The notes beneath the pieces were generated by a model. The model worked only from the letters and a program-made list of their open reading frames with translations. It had not been told where the DNA came from and did no database searches. A program made the translations under genes and the position numbers. 64,000 bases of DNA from the NCBI GenBank assembly GCA_019058315.1, contig JAHPZH010000005.1, forward strand, positions 32,001 through 96,000, given 5' to 3'. The DNA is from Candidatus Helarchaeota archaeon (lineage in GTDB: Archaea > Asgardarchaeota > Lokiarchaeia > Helarchaeales > RDOG01). How positions within the stretch are numbered: the first letter of the stretch is position 1; every line of letters begins with the position of its first letter. Shown piece by piece: positions 39,407 to 49,207 of the stretch.

Positions 39407-40933
39407 TTAATGATCATGGTTATGCTCATGATCATGCTCATGTTCTATATTTACACTACGAAGCGAGCCGATAGCCCAACCAGCTACTTCATTTAATGAT
39501 GGGTGAATGACTTGGGAACGATAGATCGGCATAAATGATCCAGCTTCGGGACAGGTTTGCGAATATGTGGGTATTGGTTCAGATTCCGGAGTTGGGCTTA
39601 TATTACAAACGTATCCCGCATTCATAAGATATACAAATGGTTGAACTAACACTGCAGCGTGAGGACCAATAATATGGGCACCAAGTAATGTTCTAGATTG
39701 ATCTACGACAAGTTTTACAAACCCATCATCAATATCTCCTTTGTTTAATCCCATCGCAAACCCTTTTGCCACACTCGAATAATTCTTTTTTGCAACATAA
39801 ATTTTATACCCTTTTTCAATAGCTTCTGCCTCTGTTATTCCCACATGTCCAATTTGGGGGTATGTAAATATAGCCCAAGGGACAGAGGAATAATCAACCT
39901 TTAATCGATTATCTCCCTCAGCAAACATATTATTTTCTACAATCTCTGATTCATAATTAGCTTTATGACGAAATTGATATTTTCCATTTGCATCTCCAAT
40001 GCACCAAATATTCTTTTTGGCTGTTTCTAAATATTCATTTGTTATAATCCAACCTTTTTTATCTGTTTTAACACCAGTTTTTTCCACTTTTAATAAATCG
40101 GCATTGGAGCGGCGACCGGTAGCTACTAAAATTTCTTCAGCTTCCACTTCCGACTTTTCACCAGTTTTCATATCCTCAATTTTAACAATCTTAACTCCTT
40201 TCTTAGCATGTGCTTCAATCGCTTTTTTATTTACAAGAACCTTCATATATTTATTTAGATTTCTTTCTAAAAAAGCACTCACTTCAGGTTCTTCGGTATA
40301 TACTAAACGAGGTAGCATCTCAATTATTGTGACATCAGTACCAAATGCTGAAAATATATGTGCAAATTCAACGGCTATTACACCGCCTCCAAGAATAATA
40401 AGACTCTTCCAAGGTTTTTTAGGAAATTTATCTCCAAAAAAATTTTCATTTGTAATATATTCTATGTTTTCTATTCCTTTAATAGGAGGAATAAAAGACC
40501 GAGCACCAGTGGCTATTAGAAATTTTTCACCCTCAAATGTTTCTGAATAACTTCCATCTTTTAATTTAACCCTCATCTGATAATCTTTAACGAATTCTCC
40601 GGTCCCTTTATAAAACGAAAGTCTAGGTGATTTTGACAAACTTCTCTCCATTCTTTTATTCTCATCAATTTGGGACCACATCCGCTTTCCAATCATATCC
40701 CAATCAAATTTTTCTAATTTAAGTTGTAAACCTACTCGCTCTGCGTGTTGAGCTTCTCTAATTACATCTGCGGGATATACGAGAACTTTAGAAGGTATAC
40801 AACCTCGGGTGAGGCATGTACCACCGACTTTAGTATCTTCGATGATTGCACAACTTAACCGTCTACTAAGTACTGTATTAACAATGTTGAGCCCTGCACC
40901 AGTTCCAATGATAACAACATTATATTTTTCCAT
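39407..40933 (-). CDS. Dihydrolipoamide dehydrogenase/mycothione reductase-like flavoprotein disulfide reductase
   Basis: IIGTGAG, GGTCLTRGCIPSK, GGGVIAVE, IGDANG, IHPSLNE; His-rich C-terminus. Confidence 0.92.
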   Translation of the reverse strand: MEKYNVVIIGTGAGLNIVNTVLSRRLSCAIIEDTKVGGTCLTRGCIPSKVLVYPADVIREAQHAERVGLQLKLEKFDWDMIGKRMWSQIDENKRMERSLSKSPRLSFYKGTGEFVKDYQMRVKLKDGSYSETFEGEKFLIATGARSFIPPIKGIENIEYITNENFFGDKFPKKPWKSLIILGGGVIAVEFAHIFSAFGTDVTIIEMLPRLVYTEEPEVSAFLERNLNKYMKVLVNKKAIEAHAKKGVKIVKIEDMKTGEKSEVEAEEILVATGRRSNADLLKVEKTGVKTDKKGWIITNEYLETAKKNIWCIGDANGKYQFRHKANYESEIVENNMFAEGDNRLKVDYSSVPWAIFTYPQIGHVGITEAEAIEKGYKIYVAKKNYSSVAKGFAMGLNKGDIDDGFVKLVVDQSRTLLGAHIIGPHAAVLVQPFVYLMNAGYVCNISPTPESEPIPTYSQTCPEAGSFMPIYRSQVIHPSLNEVAGWAIGSLRSVNIEHEHDHEHNHDH

Positions 40934-41080
40934 CTAAATTAACTCCTTTGATTGTAAAATCCCAATAATTTTAAAGTAAAATTTTTAATCTAAAGTTATA
41001 CAAATATAAGAAAGTTTACTTATAAAATTAAATTAATTCCAATAATAGGAAGTTCATATCCTTAAATTTCGTGAACTTAA

Positions 41081-42016
41081 ATGATTGATAAGCTCTATAT
41101 TATGTATGAGAACGGTGTATGCGTTTTTGAAAAGATTTATTATACTAGTTTGGATACAATCAAGACAGATTCCCAGCTATTTACTGGTTTCTTAACTGCT
41201 ATTGGTGGTTTTGCTGCAGAAGCTTTGGGAAGCGGATTACAATCGATGCATTTACAGACCGGAGAACAACTCGCAATAATGAAACATGAGTCAAGAATGG
41301 TCGGAATCTGTATCGCAGACGGACGCGATCACGACAAGCTGATTTCATCATTATTAAGAAAGATATTAGATCGATTTTATGAAATATTTAAGAGAGAAGT
41401 TGACATAATGGATGCGTCGTTACTTGGAAAAACTGATAAATTTGGAAAAGAAGTCGATTCTATTTTAAAAAATAAAGCTTCAAGTAGAGCAGATTGGAAA
41501 ATGGGGTTAGGAATATTAGTTGGATTTGCTATTTTAGGCTTGTTAACTTTTGTGATTTTAAATAGGACACTTTTAGAAAATATTCCAAGTCCATTATTTT
41601 TAGCCATACGAAATCCCATAAGTGCAATTTATATTGGAATGCTTGGAGAGTCAATAGGAGGAATATTATCATTAATAATGTTTTTTGTTGCAATATTATT
41701 TTTTATTCCATCAGTTATAACAGGCTATTTGAGCGGTAGTCGTGTTAGAGGACTAATTTCTGGTACAATTATAACTGTTATCGCCTATATTACCTTAATT
41801 TTAGCCAGATTTCAAATAATGGCAAGATTGGGACTGGATTTAAAGGATTGGTTCTTCAGTTTATCCCCTCTTATACTTTTCCTAACTCTATCAGTTTCAT
41901 TTAGTGCGGGTTATATCGCAGAGCGACTACACCTTTATACATTTCCAGAACCAGATAAAGAAATGGGAAAATTAGATAGGATTTTAAAATCTATAAAAGA
42001 TAAGATTGGTTTATAA
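41081..42016 (+). CDS. Longin domain fused to ~4 C-terminal TM helices (paralog A)
   Basis: KLYIMYENGVCVF...DSQLFTGFLTAIGGFA...KILDRFYEIF longin, followed by hydrophobic segments. Confidence 0.78.
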   Translation: MIDKLYIMYENGVCVFEKIYYTSLDTIKTDSQLFTGFLTAIGGFAAEALGSGLQSMHLQTGEQLAIMKHESRMVGICIADGRDHDKLISSLLRKILDRFYEIFKREVDIMDASLLGKTDKFGKEVDSILKNKASSRADWKMGLGILVGFAILGLLTFVILNRTLLENIPSPLFLAIRNPISAIYIGMLGESIGGILSLIMFFVAILFFIPSVITGYLSGSRVRGLISGTIITVIAYITLILARFQIMARLGLDLKDWFFSLSPLILFLTLSVSFSAGYIAERLHLYTFPEPDKEMGKLDRILKSIKDKIGL

Positions 42017-42026
42017 GGAATATTCG

Positions 42027-42953
42027 ATGATTCACAAATTATATTTAATGTTTGAAAGTGGAATTTGTATTTTTGAAAAAAATTTTTTTACTCATTTGGG
42101 TAAAGAAGAAAATACTCAAGTTTTTACTGGTTTCATCTCAGCTATCGGAAATTTTGCTTCCGAAGCTCTTGGTAGTACTCTACAGTCCATTCGATTACAA
42201 ACAGGAGAACAGCTTGCTATAATGAGGCATGAGCCATCAAAATTAGTTGTCATATGTGTTGCCGATGGCCGAGATCATGACAAATTACTGGCATCAATAT
42301 TACTAAAAATTCTTGATCGTTTTTTTGAAATTTTCAAAAAGGAAATTGAAGCGGAAGATACATCAATAGCTGAAAAATCTAAAGATTTTGAAAAAGAAAT
42401 TGAAATAATTCTAAAGAAAAAAATTTCAAGTAGAACTAATTTTAAAATGTTTGTTGGTATATTTTTAGGACTAACAATCTTGAGTTTATTAATTTTTATA
42501 GCTTTAAACAGAACTTTTTTAAATAATTTTCCAGGACCATTATTTTTTGCAGCGATGAATAATCCATTAATGCTATTTTTTATTGGTTCGATTGGAGAAT
42601 CAATAGGTTCAATTTTAGCATCCTTAATGTTTTTTATTGGATTTTTATTTATGTTACCTGCATTTATAACAGGTTTCTTGAGTGGAACCAGAGTAAGAGG
42701 ATTAATTTCTGGATTCATTATTATAATTGGTACATATTTAATACTTTTTTTAAGTGCCGTTCGTTTACAGGTTGTTTTAGGATTAGACTTAAGAGGATGG
42801 TTTCTTGGAATATCTCCATTAATCTTCTTCTTGACGTTATCAGTTTCATTTATTTCAGGATATTTAGCTGAGAGATTACGTCTTTATACTTTTGAAGAAC
42901 CAACAATTAAAAAAGGAAGGTTATCTAAGCTGTTAATTTTTAAAAAGAGATAA
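42027..42953 (+). CDS. Longin domain fused to ~4 C-terminal TM helices (paralog B)
   Basis: Collinear with paralog A. ATG 42027 (MIHKLY) aligns with MIDKLY. Confidence 0.78.
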   Translation: MIHKLYLMFESGICIFEKNFFTHLGKEENTQVFTGFISAIGNFASEALGSTLQSIRLQTGEQLAIMRHEPSKLVVICVADGRDHDKLLASILLKILDRFFEIFKKEIEAEDTSIAEKSKDFEKEIEIILKKKISSRTNFKMFVGIFLGLTILSLLIFIALNRTFLNNFPGPLFFAAMNNPLMLFFIGSIGESIGSILASLMFFIGFLFMLPAFITGFLSGTRVRGLISGFIIIIGTYLILFLSAVRLQVVLGLDLRGWFLGISPLIFFLTLSVSFISGYLAERLRLYTFEEPTIKKGRLSKLLIFKKR

Positions 42954-42977
42954 TAAAAATTAAAGGATTTAATAAAA

Positions 42978-43274
42978 ATGGAAGAACACGAAATTGACGA
43001 ATTAAGTCGCATATTATATTATGAGTTTAATAGAGGGGAATATGAAGTATTTCGCCTTGAAGTGTTAAATCGAAAAATAAAGACGTTTAAACAAAGGATT
43101 GAGCAAGCAAAAAAGATTTTGTGGAATAAAAATGAAATACTTCTTGCAAAAATTGTTAATTTATTAGAGAAAAATAGATTAGACTTGGTTAAGGAAATTT
43201 TCACTCGTGCTCAGAGACTTTATCGTCAAAAAGAGTTAAGTAAATTTATCAGTATGGATGATTTTGGAGAATAA
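42978..43274 (+). CDS. Small hypothetical protein
   Basis: 98-aa helical ORF with AAGGA upstream. Confidence 0.6.
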   Translation: MEEHEIDELSRILYYEFNRGEYEVFRLEVLNRKIKTFKQRIEQAKKILWNKNEILLAKIVNLLEKNRLDLVKEIFTRAQRLYRQKELSKFISMDDFGE

Positions 43275-43316
43275 ACAAATAATAAAATCTTATAATAATA
43301 AAAAATTTTACGAAAT

Positions 43317-43811
43317 TTATTCAGATTTTTTTTGAAGATATTGAAAAATCCTTTCTAATGTAATTCCTAGAAGAACACAAATATTATATGAAGCAATTGT
43401 ACATTCATGATATTTTTGTTCTACCCCTAATTCTAGATACAATTCTTCCGCAGCAAGATAATATTTAACTGCATTGACCAAATTTTCATTACTTTTTTCA
43501 ATTTTAGTAGCATAATCTGCAAATTTATCTGCTAATGATATCATTAAGGACTTACTATCTTCTTTTAATTCTAACTGATCATAATATTTTGCTGCTTCTT
43601 CTATATATTCCCTTCCTTTGAACGGATCAAGAGCTTTAGTATAATCTTCTAATACTTTAATAGCTTTTTTCATCGTTTTTATGTAATTTTTCTTTTTAAA
43701 ATTTTTATTGTAACATTCTGCAGCATTAACAAATAAATCTTTAGATTTTAAAGGATCTTCCTTTAATACTGTCTTTGCCTGACTCTCTAAGTTTTTACAT
43801 TTTTGAGACAA
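43317..43811 (-). CDS. alpha-SNAP/TPR-like helical repeat protein
   Basis: LFVNAAECY, YIEEAAKYY, YYLAAEELY repeats; paralog of the N-terminal part of 43813-44637. Confidence 0.65.
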   Translation of the reverse strand: MSQKCKNLESQAKTVLKEDPLKSKDLFVNAAECYNKNFKKKNYIKTMKKAIKVLEDYTKALDPFKGREYIEEAAKYYDQLELKEDSKSLMISLADKFADYATKIEKSNENLVNAVKYYLAAEELYLELGVEQKYHECTIASYNICVLLGITLERIFQYLQKKSE

Positions 43812-43812
43812 A

Positions 43813-44637
43813 TTATTCCTCCTTCTTTTTCATTAATTGATCTAGAGCTGCCAGTTGTGATTTCTCTTTTTCCTCTAGTTCGGCAAGTTCCTCTTTGTAT
43901 TTTTTGATTTCTTCTGCGGTTTTTCCTTCTTTTACTAATTCTTGCACCACAGCTTTTTCATATTCTTGTTTTTTTTCTAAATATTCTTTCTCTTTGAGCG
44001 TTTTTTCTTTCTCTCTCTCTTTTTCTTCGACTTTCCTTGCTTTTTCTCTTTCTTTCTCATCCAATTTTCCCTTTTCTTCTCGCTCCTTTTTTAGCTCTTC
44101 AAATTCCCTAGTTTCCAAAATGTCAGGTTTTCGAATTGTTGGCAAAACTGGAAATTCTTCTAAAATTGAAGATATTTCATCCTTCGGTAAGCCAATTTCT
44201 TTTTGTATTATCTCAATTAGTTGTTGGTTTTGATTTATTTTATCTTTATTTTGAAGTTCTTCATAAATTTTATTAGCAGTTTGGAGATATTTAATTGCAT
44301 AAATTATTCGTTTTCTAGTATTGTGGAGTTTTTTAGCAGTAGTTATATAAGCCTCAGCCATAGTAACAATACATTTTGATACTTCCTTTTCTTTATCAAT
44401 TTTTTTATAGTATTCAATTGCTTCTTCATAGAATTTCTGTGCTTCTTCAGGATCTTCAAATTGATCTGCGGTATTACTTACAATTTGAGCAACTTTTTCG
44501 TAAGCTTTTGCTGCCTTTTTTTTCTGATATTTCTTTTCCCAACATCTAGCAACTTGTAAATAAGTTTCTTTAGCAACAACGGGATTATCACTAATTTTCT
44601 TTGCCTTATTTTCCAATTCTTTGCAATTTTCTGACAA
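43813..44637 (-). CDS. alpha-SNAP/TPR-like helical repeat protein with C-terminal charged coiled coil
   Basis: YLQVARCW..KAAKAYEKVA..DPEEAQKFYEEAIEYY; E/K-rich tail. Confidence 0.65.
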   Translation of the reverse strand: MSENCKELENKAKKISDNPVVAKETYLQVARCWEKKYQKKKAAKAYEKVAQIVSNTADQFEDPEEAQKFYEEAIEYYKKIDKEKEVSKCIVTMAEAYITTAKKLHNTRKRIIYAIKYLQTANKIYEELQNKDKINQNQQLIEIIQKEIGLPKDEISSILEEFPVLPTIRKPDILETREFEELKKEREEKGKLDEKEREKARKVEEKEREKEKTLKEKEYLEKKQEYEKAVVQELVKEGKTAEEIKKYKEELAELEEKEKSQLAALDQLMKKKEE

Positions 44638-44842
44638 TACCCTTCAACCTTCCAAACTTTTATGAAGAAATTTATGTCGAATAAATAGTTTCTTATTTTT
44701 GTAATAAATAAATTTTGTTTAATAAAAAAACCTCAAAAAAATAAGAGTTGTTTATTATCTTGTTAATGACTTTCATATCGTCATGAAAATCTAGATTTTT
44801 TTTGCATTTAAATAAAAAAAAGAATAAAAGAAAGGAGTTTAA

Positions 44843-46174
44843 TTATTTTTCTCTTCTATGTGTAACAACAGCAGCGATAAACACTATTCCGGCTGCAATT
44901 CCGATTAAACCACCAATTATAGCAGAGGGGATCCAAGCTTTAGGATTGTAGTTGAATGTAAATATTAATGCTAAAGGTGATTGCATACTGAATATGGGAT
45001 CATGATCAATTTCCTCGCCATCCCATTTATTATAACAGATTCTATGTTGGAACCACTCTCTAACGCGTGTCCATCCACCAGTATGGGAATAAGTGTTATC
45101 CTCAACGTAGCCTTCATAAGTGGTAGTGAACCAAGGGCAGCTTGTGGCGCTGACATTATATAGATCGGTTTTATTCCAAACATAAGTTGGTTTACTTGAG
45201 GTTAAGTCCAATTCCATTAATGATTTAGTTCCATACTCTACAGTGAAATTTGTCATAATTGTACTGTTATCTGGGTCCACTTTTACGGTACCATTTTCGT
45301 CTCTTGCTTCTACATTTATTTTTATATCAAAATCGAGAGTCTGTGCAACATCAAATTGGAGAACGGATAGACCTAAGTTAGTCCAATTATAATCAATATC
45401 CGTATCGGTAAGTTCTCCAAAATGGAAATTTTGAAATAATTCCGTATCACCATTTGAACTAAATTTAAGCATATATGATATATTTAAGTAGTCCATAGTT
45501 TCTGTACCTATCCATGGTGTTGGCCAAGCAGCCCAGTTTTGGGCATCGAATACTTGAACTGTTACACCAGTATAATTTATGCCCCAAGTATATTCCTCTG
45601 ATTGGGAAGGTCGCCATGCTGGACCTTTTTGTGGAGTAAGGTTCATTATTTCATAAGATGTATATGTATCTAGAAAGAGATAATATAAGACTTCTGTAGC
45701 ATTAGTTGAAGGATTTGTGTGATTGAAATATGTATCACAAACCCCATTATTATTAGAATCATTATATGCTTCTAATACTCCTGGAAAAATGGAGCCAACT
45801 GATTTTAATTGTTTAACAGTAAAATAGTAAAATGGCGAATCTCTTAATTCTGCAAATTTTGAAATACCTAAGTGCATGTACCATCCGTGAGCTAAATCAC
45901 TAACAGGAGATAAAGTAAGTCGGCTCAGTCTAGTGCCCCAAGCAAAGGCTATATTATTTCCTGCAATAGCGACATAATAATCTGTTATATCTCCTGCAAT
46001 ACCATAACTAGCATGATTAATTCCTTCAGTAGCGAGTGATAATCCGCTTAAGTAGAGTACCAAGTAGTCTATGTTTGGGTTTCCTCCTTGAGCATTGACT
46101 GTTGTTGCTGGAGAAAGACCTAGAATTGCGAATCCTGCTATTAGACCGAGCAGAATAATAGACATCTTTCTCAT
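44843..46174 (-). CDS. Secreted, C-terminally anchored cell-surface protein
   Basis: Signal peptide (MRKMSIILLGLIAGFAILG..VNA), several N-x-S/T sequons, C-term TM + HRREK. Confidence 0.8.
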   Translation of the reverse strand: MRKMSIILLGLIAGFAILGLSPATTVNAQGGNPNIDYLVLYLSGLSLATEGINHASYGIAGDITDYYVAIAGNNIAFAWGTRLSRLTLSPVSDLAHGWYMHLGISKFAELRDSPFYYFTVKQLKSVGSIFPGVLEAYNDSNNNGVCDTYFNHTNPSTNATEVLYYLFLDTYTSYEIMNLTPQKGPAWRPSQSEEYTWGINYTGVTVQVFDAQNWAAWPTPWIGTETMDYLNISYMLKFSSNGDTELFQNFHFGELTDTDIDYNWTNLGLSVLQFDVAQTLDFDIKINVEARDENGTVKVDPDNSTIMTNFTVEYGTKSLMELDLTSSKPTYVWNKTDLYNVSATSCPWFTTTYEGYVEDNTYSHTGGWTRVREWFQHRICYNKWDGEEIDHDPIFSMQSPLALIFTFNYNPKAWIPSAIIGGLIGIAAGIVFIAAVVTHRREK

Positions 46175-46228
46175 ATTTTTCCCTCTAATGAATATTCTTA
46201 AATTTTTTTCATTTGAACTTTTTTCGTC

Positions 46229-46248
46229 CGTTTGATTTTTATCAAACG
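46229..46248. promoter_or_regulatory. Palindromic operator candidate CGTTTGAT-N4-ATCAAACG
   Basis: Perfect 8-bp inverted repeat in a divergent promoter region. Confidence 0.6.
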
Positions 46249-46369
46249 ATTCTAAGTATAAAGGATTGGTACTGTTATTTAAAAGTTTTCATTGTGGTTT
46301 GTTGATTTAAGATTGAGCAATTTATAAATTATTTTAAAAGAGTCTGATTAATAATATTTAATTTAAATC

Positions 46370-46389
46370 CGTTTGAATTTTTTCAAATA
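46370..46389. promoter_or_regulatory. Second operator copy CGTTTGAA-N4-TTCAAATA
   Basis: Same TTTGA-N6-TCAAA core as the first site. Confidence 0.55.
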
Positions 46390-46488
46390 ATTCTAAAAAT
46401 TAAAATAGAACTTAAACCAAAAAAAAAAAAGAATAAATATTATATTTCGGTTTAGAAAACAAATAATAAATGTGTTGAGAGATTTAAA

Positions 46489-47307
46489 ATGGGATTTGGT
46501 ATAAAAAGTATAAAAGCGGGAATTCAAACTTTTAGAAAAGGTTGGTTAAGCTTTATTTTAATTGTATTAGTATTATCAATTACCTTTATTCCAGCAATTC
46601 TCATTATGTATATGTTTTTACAAGATGTCACAGATATATTAGGATTGATTATTTTTACGTTGACATTTTTTTCATTTTTAATTTTTTATTCCTTACTGGA
46701 GGGAATAGTTCAAGCGATTGGTAACGAAGTTTCGGAAGTTGAGCAAGGGAGGGCGGAGAATATGACGTTTTATATTAGAAGAAATGGAAAAGCTTTGATT
46801 ATAACTGGAATTGTAATATCTGGTTTAGGATTTATTTGTACAACTCCGCTTTTGATTATTATTTACTCAATCGTAAGTAATTTTTTTCTTCCATTTGATC
46901 AAAATTCACTCATTATACTATCAATTGCTAGTTTTTTGATAACAGTCATAATTAATTCGATATTTTGTTTGGCAATATCTGCTATTATATTTAATAATAT
47001 AGATGCATCTCCTGCTTTGAGCAAATCGTTCAATTTATTTAAAACGCATTATAAATCGATGCTTTTTATTACAGTCATTTTTCAAAGTATTTTATGGGCA
47101 ATTGTTTCATTATTACAAATATTTTCAAGAAGTTCGGATATTTTTAGTTTAGAATTTGCTCTTCTAATACTTTTATCAATTTTAATATTATTTTTTGTTT
47201 TTCCTTTGATGAATCTTACCTATTTTCACCTCTACTTAAAAATTACTTTACCTTCTCAGGTTAGTTCAGAAAAATTGGATGAGGATATACCAATAAAAAT
47301 AGTTTAA
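46489..47307 (+). CDS. Multi-pass membrane protein
   Basis: About 6 TM helices; ALSKSFNLFK motif seen in DUF975-like membrane proteins. Confidence 0.75.
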   Translation: MGFGIKSIKAGIQTFRKGWLSFILIVLVLSITFIPAILIMYMFLQDVTDILGLIIFTLTFFSFLIFYSLLEGIVQAIGNEVSEVEQGRAENMTFYIRRNGKALIITGIVISGLGFICTTPLLIIIYSIVSNFFLPFDQNSLIILSIASFLITVIINSIFCLAISAIIFNNIDASPALSKSFNLFKTHYKSMLFITVIFQSILWAIVSLLQIFSRSSDIFSLEFALLILLSILILFFVFPLMNLTYFHLYLKITLPSQVSSEKLDEDIPIKIV

Positions 47308-47308
47308 C

Positions 47309-47905
47309 ATGGTCTATAAAATGAAAGAAGTAATGGTCTTACGGGATCCCGAAAAAGTAAAGATAGTTTTTAATAAATGGAGAGGTAAAATTCTAGATTT
47401 ATTGAGTAAGAAACCTTTTACAATAAAAGAATTGGCAGAAATTTTAAAAATCAATCCAGGGACGGTATTTCATCATATGAAAATACTTGAAGAAGCTGGT
47501 TTGATTGAAATAATCAGAACAGAAATGGTTGGCAACATTGTAATGAAATTCTATCAAGCAGTTGCAAGAGAATTTCGTTTTGATCTTTTAGAGACTAAGG
47601 ATACAAAAATTCACTCTATAATTGAATCAAAACTAAAAAAAATAGTTGATGCCTTAAGCACATACCGAATAAATATCCCCGATGATAAGAAAAAGACAAT
47701 TTTAAAACAAATTGCAGAATTTTGGGATTTGGAAAATAAAATAAAAGAAAATATTGAGGTTGAAACAACAATAAAGGATTTTTCGGCAGACATTCAAAGG
47801 GAAGTTTTTATTCTAGTAAGTCTACTAGAATTAAATAAAAATGAGGAATATATTAAAAAAAGGGATGAAATTATAAAGTTATTAGATAATTATCAAGAAA
47901 AATAA
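47309..47905 (+). CDS. ArsR-like winged-helix transcriptional regulator
   Basis: RGKILDLLSKKPFTIKELAEILKINPGTVFHHMKILEEAGLI...KFYQ. Confidence 0.9.
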   Translation: MVYKMKEVMVLRDPEKVKIVFNKWRGKILDLLSKKPFTIKELAEILKINPGTVFHHMKILEEAGLIEIIRTEMVGNIVMKFYQAVAREFRFDLLETKDTKIHSIIESKLKKIVDALSTYRINIPDDKKKTILKQIAEFWDLENKIKENIEVETTIKDFSADIQREVFILVSLLELNKNEEYIKKRDEIIKLLDNYQEK

Positions 47906-48179
47906 ATGTAAAAAAGGAGAATTTTTGTTTAAAATTTGCTAAAATATGCTTATTATTAAATATATCAAATAGAAATTATAAGTTTCTCTGTTTTCTTGAT
48001 TTATTTGATAGGCACCATAGAAAAATATTAGCGAGAAAAACAACAGGATTAAAAAAATTATATATAAAGCCCATACCTTTTTTGTTGCCATCCTAAAACA
48101 AATCCTAAAAATTTATGTACTTTTTTAATTTTGGTATTAACTTATTAATAAATGTTGAGTAAATCTGATGAAACTATAT

Positions 48180-49010
48180 CTAAATTATGACAGATTTTAA
48201 GGTTTCATCAACTAACTCATATGCAGATAGAAAAACATCCATATTTCCATTCCATACGGGGATTAAGAATTGTTTATATTTTTTTTCAAATTTTTTAATA
48301 AATTCTTTTAGAAATTTTTTCATTTGCGATGTTTCTCTATTTACTAATAAAACTCCAATCAATCTACTCTGAGGTACAGATTCTAACTTAGTTGGAGGCA
48401 AATCTATAGTCCCATATTCAAAAATGAGCTCTTTATCTCCCATGTCGATATTTCTTAATTTTTCTTCACTTTTAGTTATATGTCTTATAAGATGTCCTAT
48501 TGCATTTAATGCAGATGAAATGAGATGCGAATCTCCTACACCTAGTGGTTCGGGATTATATGAAAATAAGCAACGACCATCAAAATTAGCTACAAATAAA
48601 TTAAAAATTTTGGCTTTGTCAAATTCCTCTTCTAAATCTTCTTCAATAACAGTATCGACCTTTCTCTTTTTTTTAGGAGGAAGGGTTTCTACAATCATTC
48701 CTATTAAATTTGGCTTTTTTTTATCACTAGTATCTAAATTAAGCGTGTTACAAATATCTTCTAGTTCTTTTTTATCAAAACATATATCTAATAATTCATC
48801 TAGACCATAGGTGGATTCATACATAATTTTTAAACATAATGATTCTTTACTTTCGCTTTGTTGCCGAGAGATATTGGCTAATTCAACTAATTCTAATATT
48901 TTCTTTTTTGAAACAAGGTTGGAGAGAAGAATATCATCAAAATGTTTAATTTGTTTTTCTTTTTTAATTGATTTACGTCCTTTTTTTATCCTCTTTGGAA
49001 TTATTATCAC
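48180..49010 (-). CDS. SAP/HeH-like motifs plus C-terminal longin domain
   Basis: KKELEDICNTLNLDTSDKKKPNLIGMI is SAP-like; NLFVANFDGRCLF...HLISSALNAI...FIKKFEKKY is longin. Confidence 0.7.
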   Translation of the reverse strand: MIIIPKRIKKGRKSIKKEKQIKHFDDILLSNLVSKKKILELVELANISRQQSESKESLCLKIMYESTYGLDELLDICFDKKELEDICNTLNLDTSDKKKPNLIGMIVETLPPKKKRKVDTVIEEDLEEEFDKAKIFNLFVANFDGRCLFSYNPEPLGVGDSHLISSALNAIGHLIRHITKSEEKLRNIDMGDKELIFEYGTIDLPPTKLESVPQSRLIGVLLVNRETSQMKKFLKEFIKKFEKKYKQFLIPVWNGNMDVFLSAYELVDETLKSVII

Positions 49011-49207
49011 GCCATAATTTTTATTTATTGGAATCTATAATGTAACAGATTAATAAATGTATAATGTGCATTCGTCTAATTTCAAAATTTTAATATAGCA
49101 AATTAATATCAAATTCATATTATGAGTTTCCCTTCTCATTTTTCGAAATTGCTAAATACTAATTTTCTTATAATAACTAACAGAATTAAACTTGGATCTG
49201 CGAATAT

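Noticed and set aside
41081-42953. True longin R-SNAREs
   Set aside because: No ~60-aa SNARE coiled coil between the longin and the first TM.
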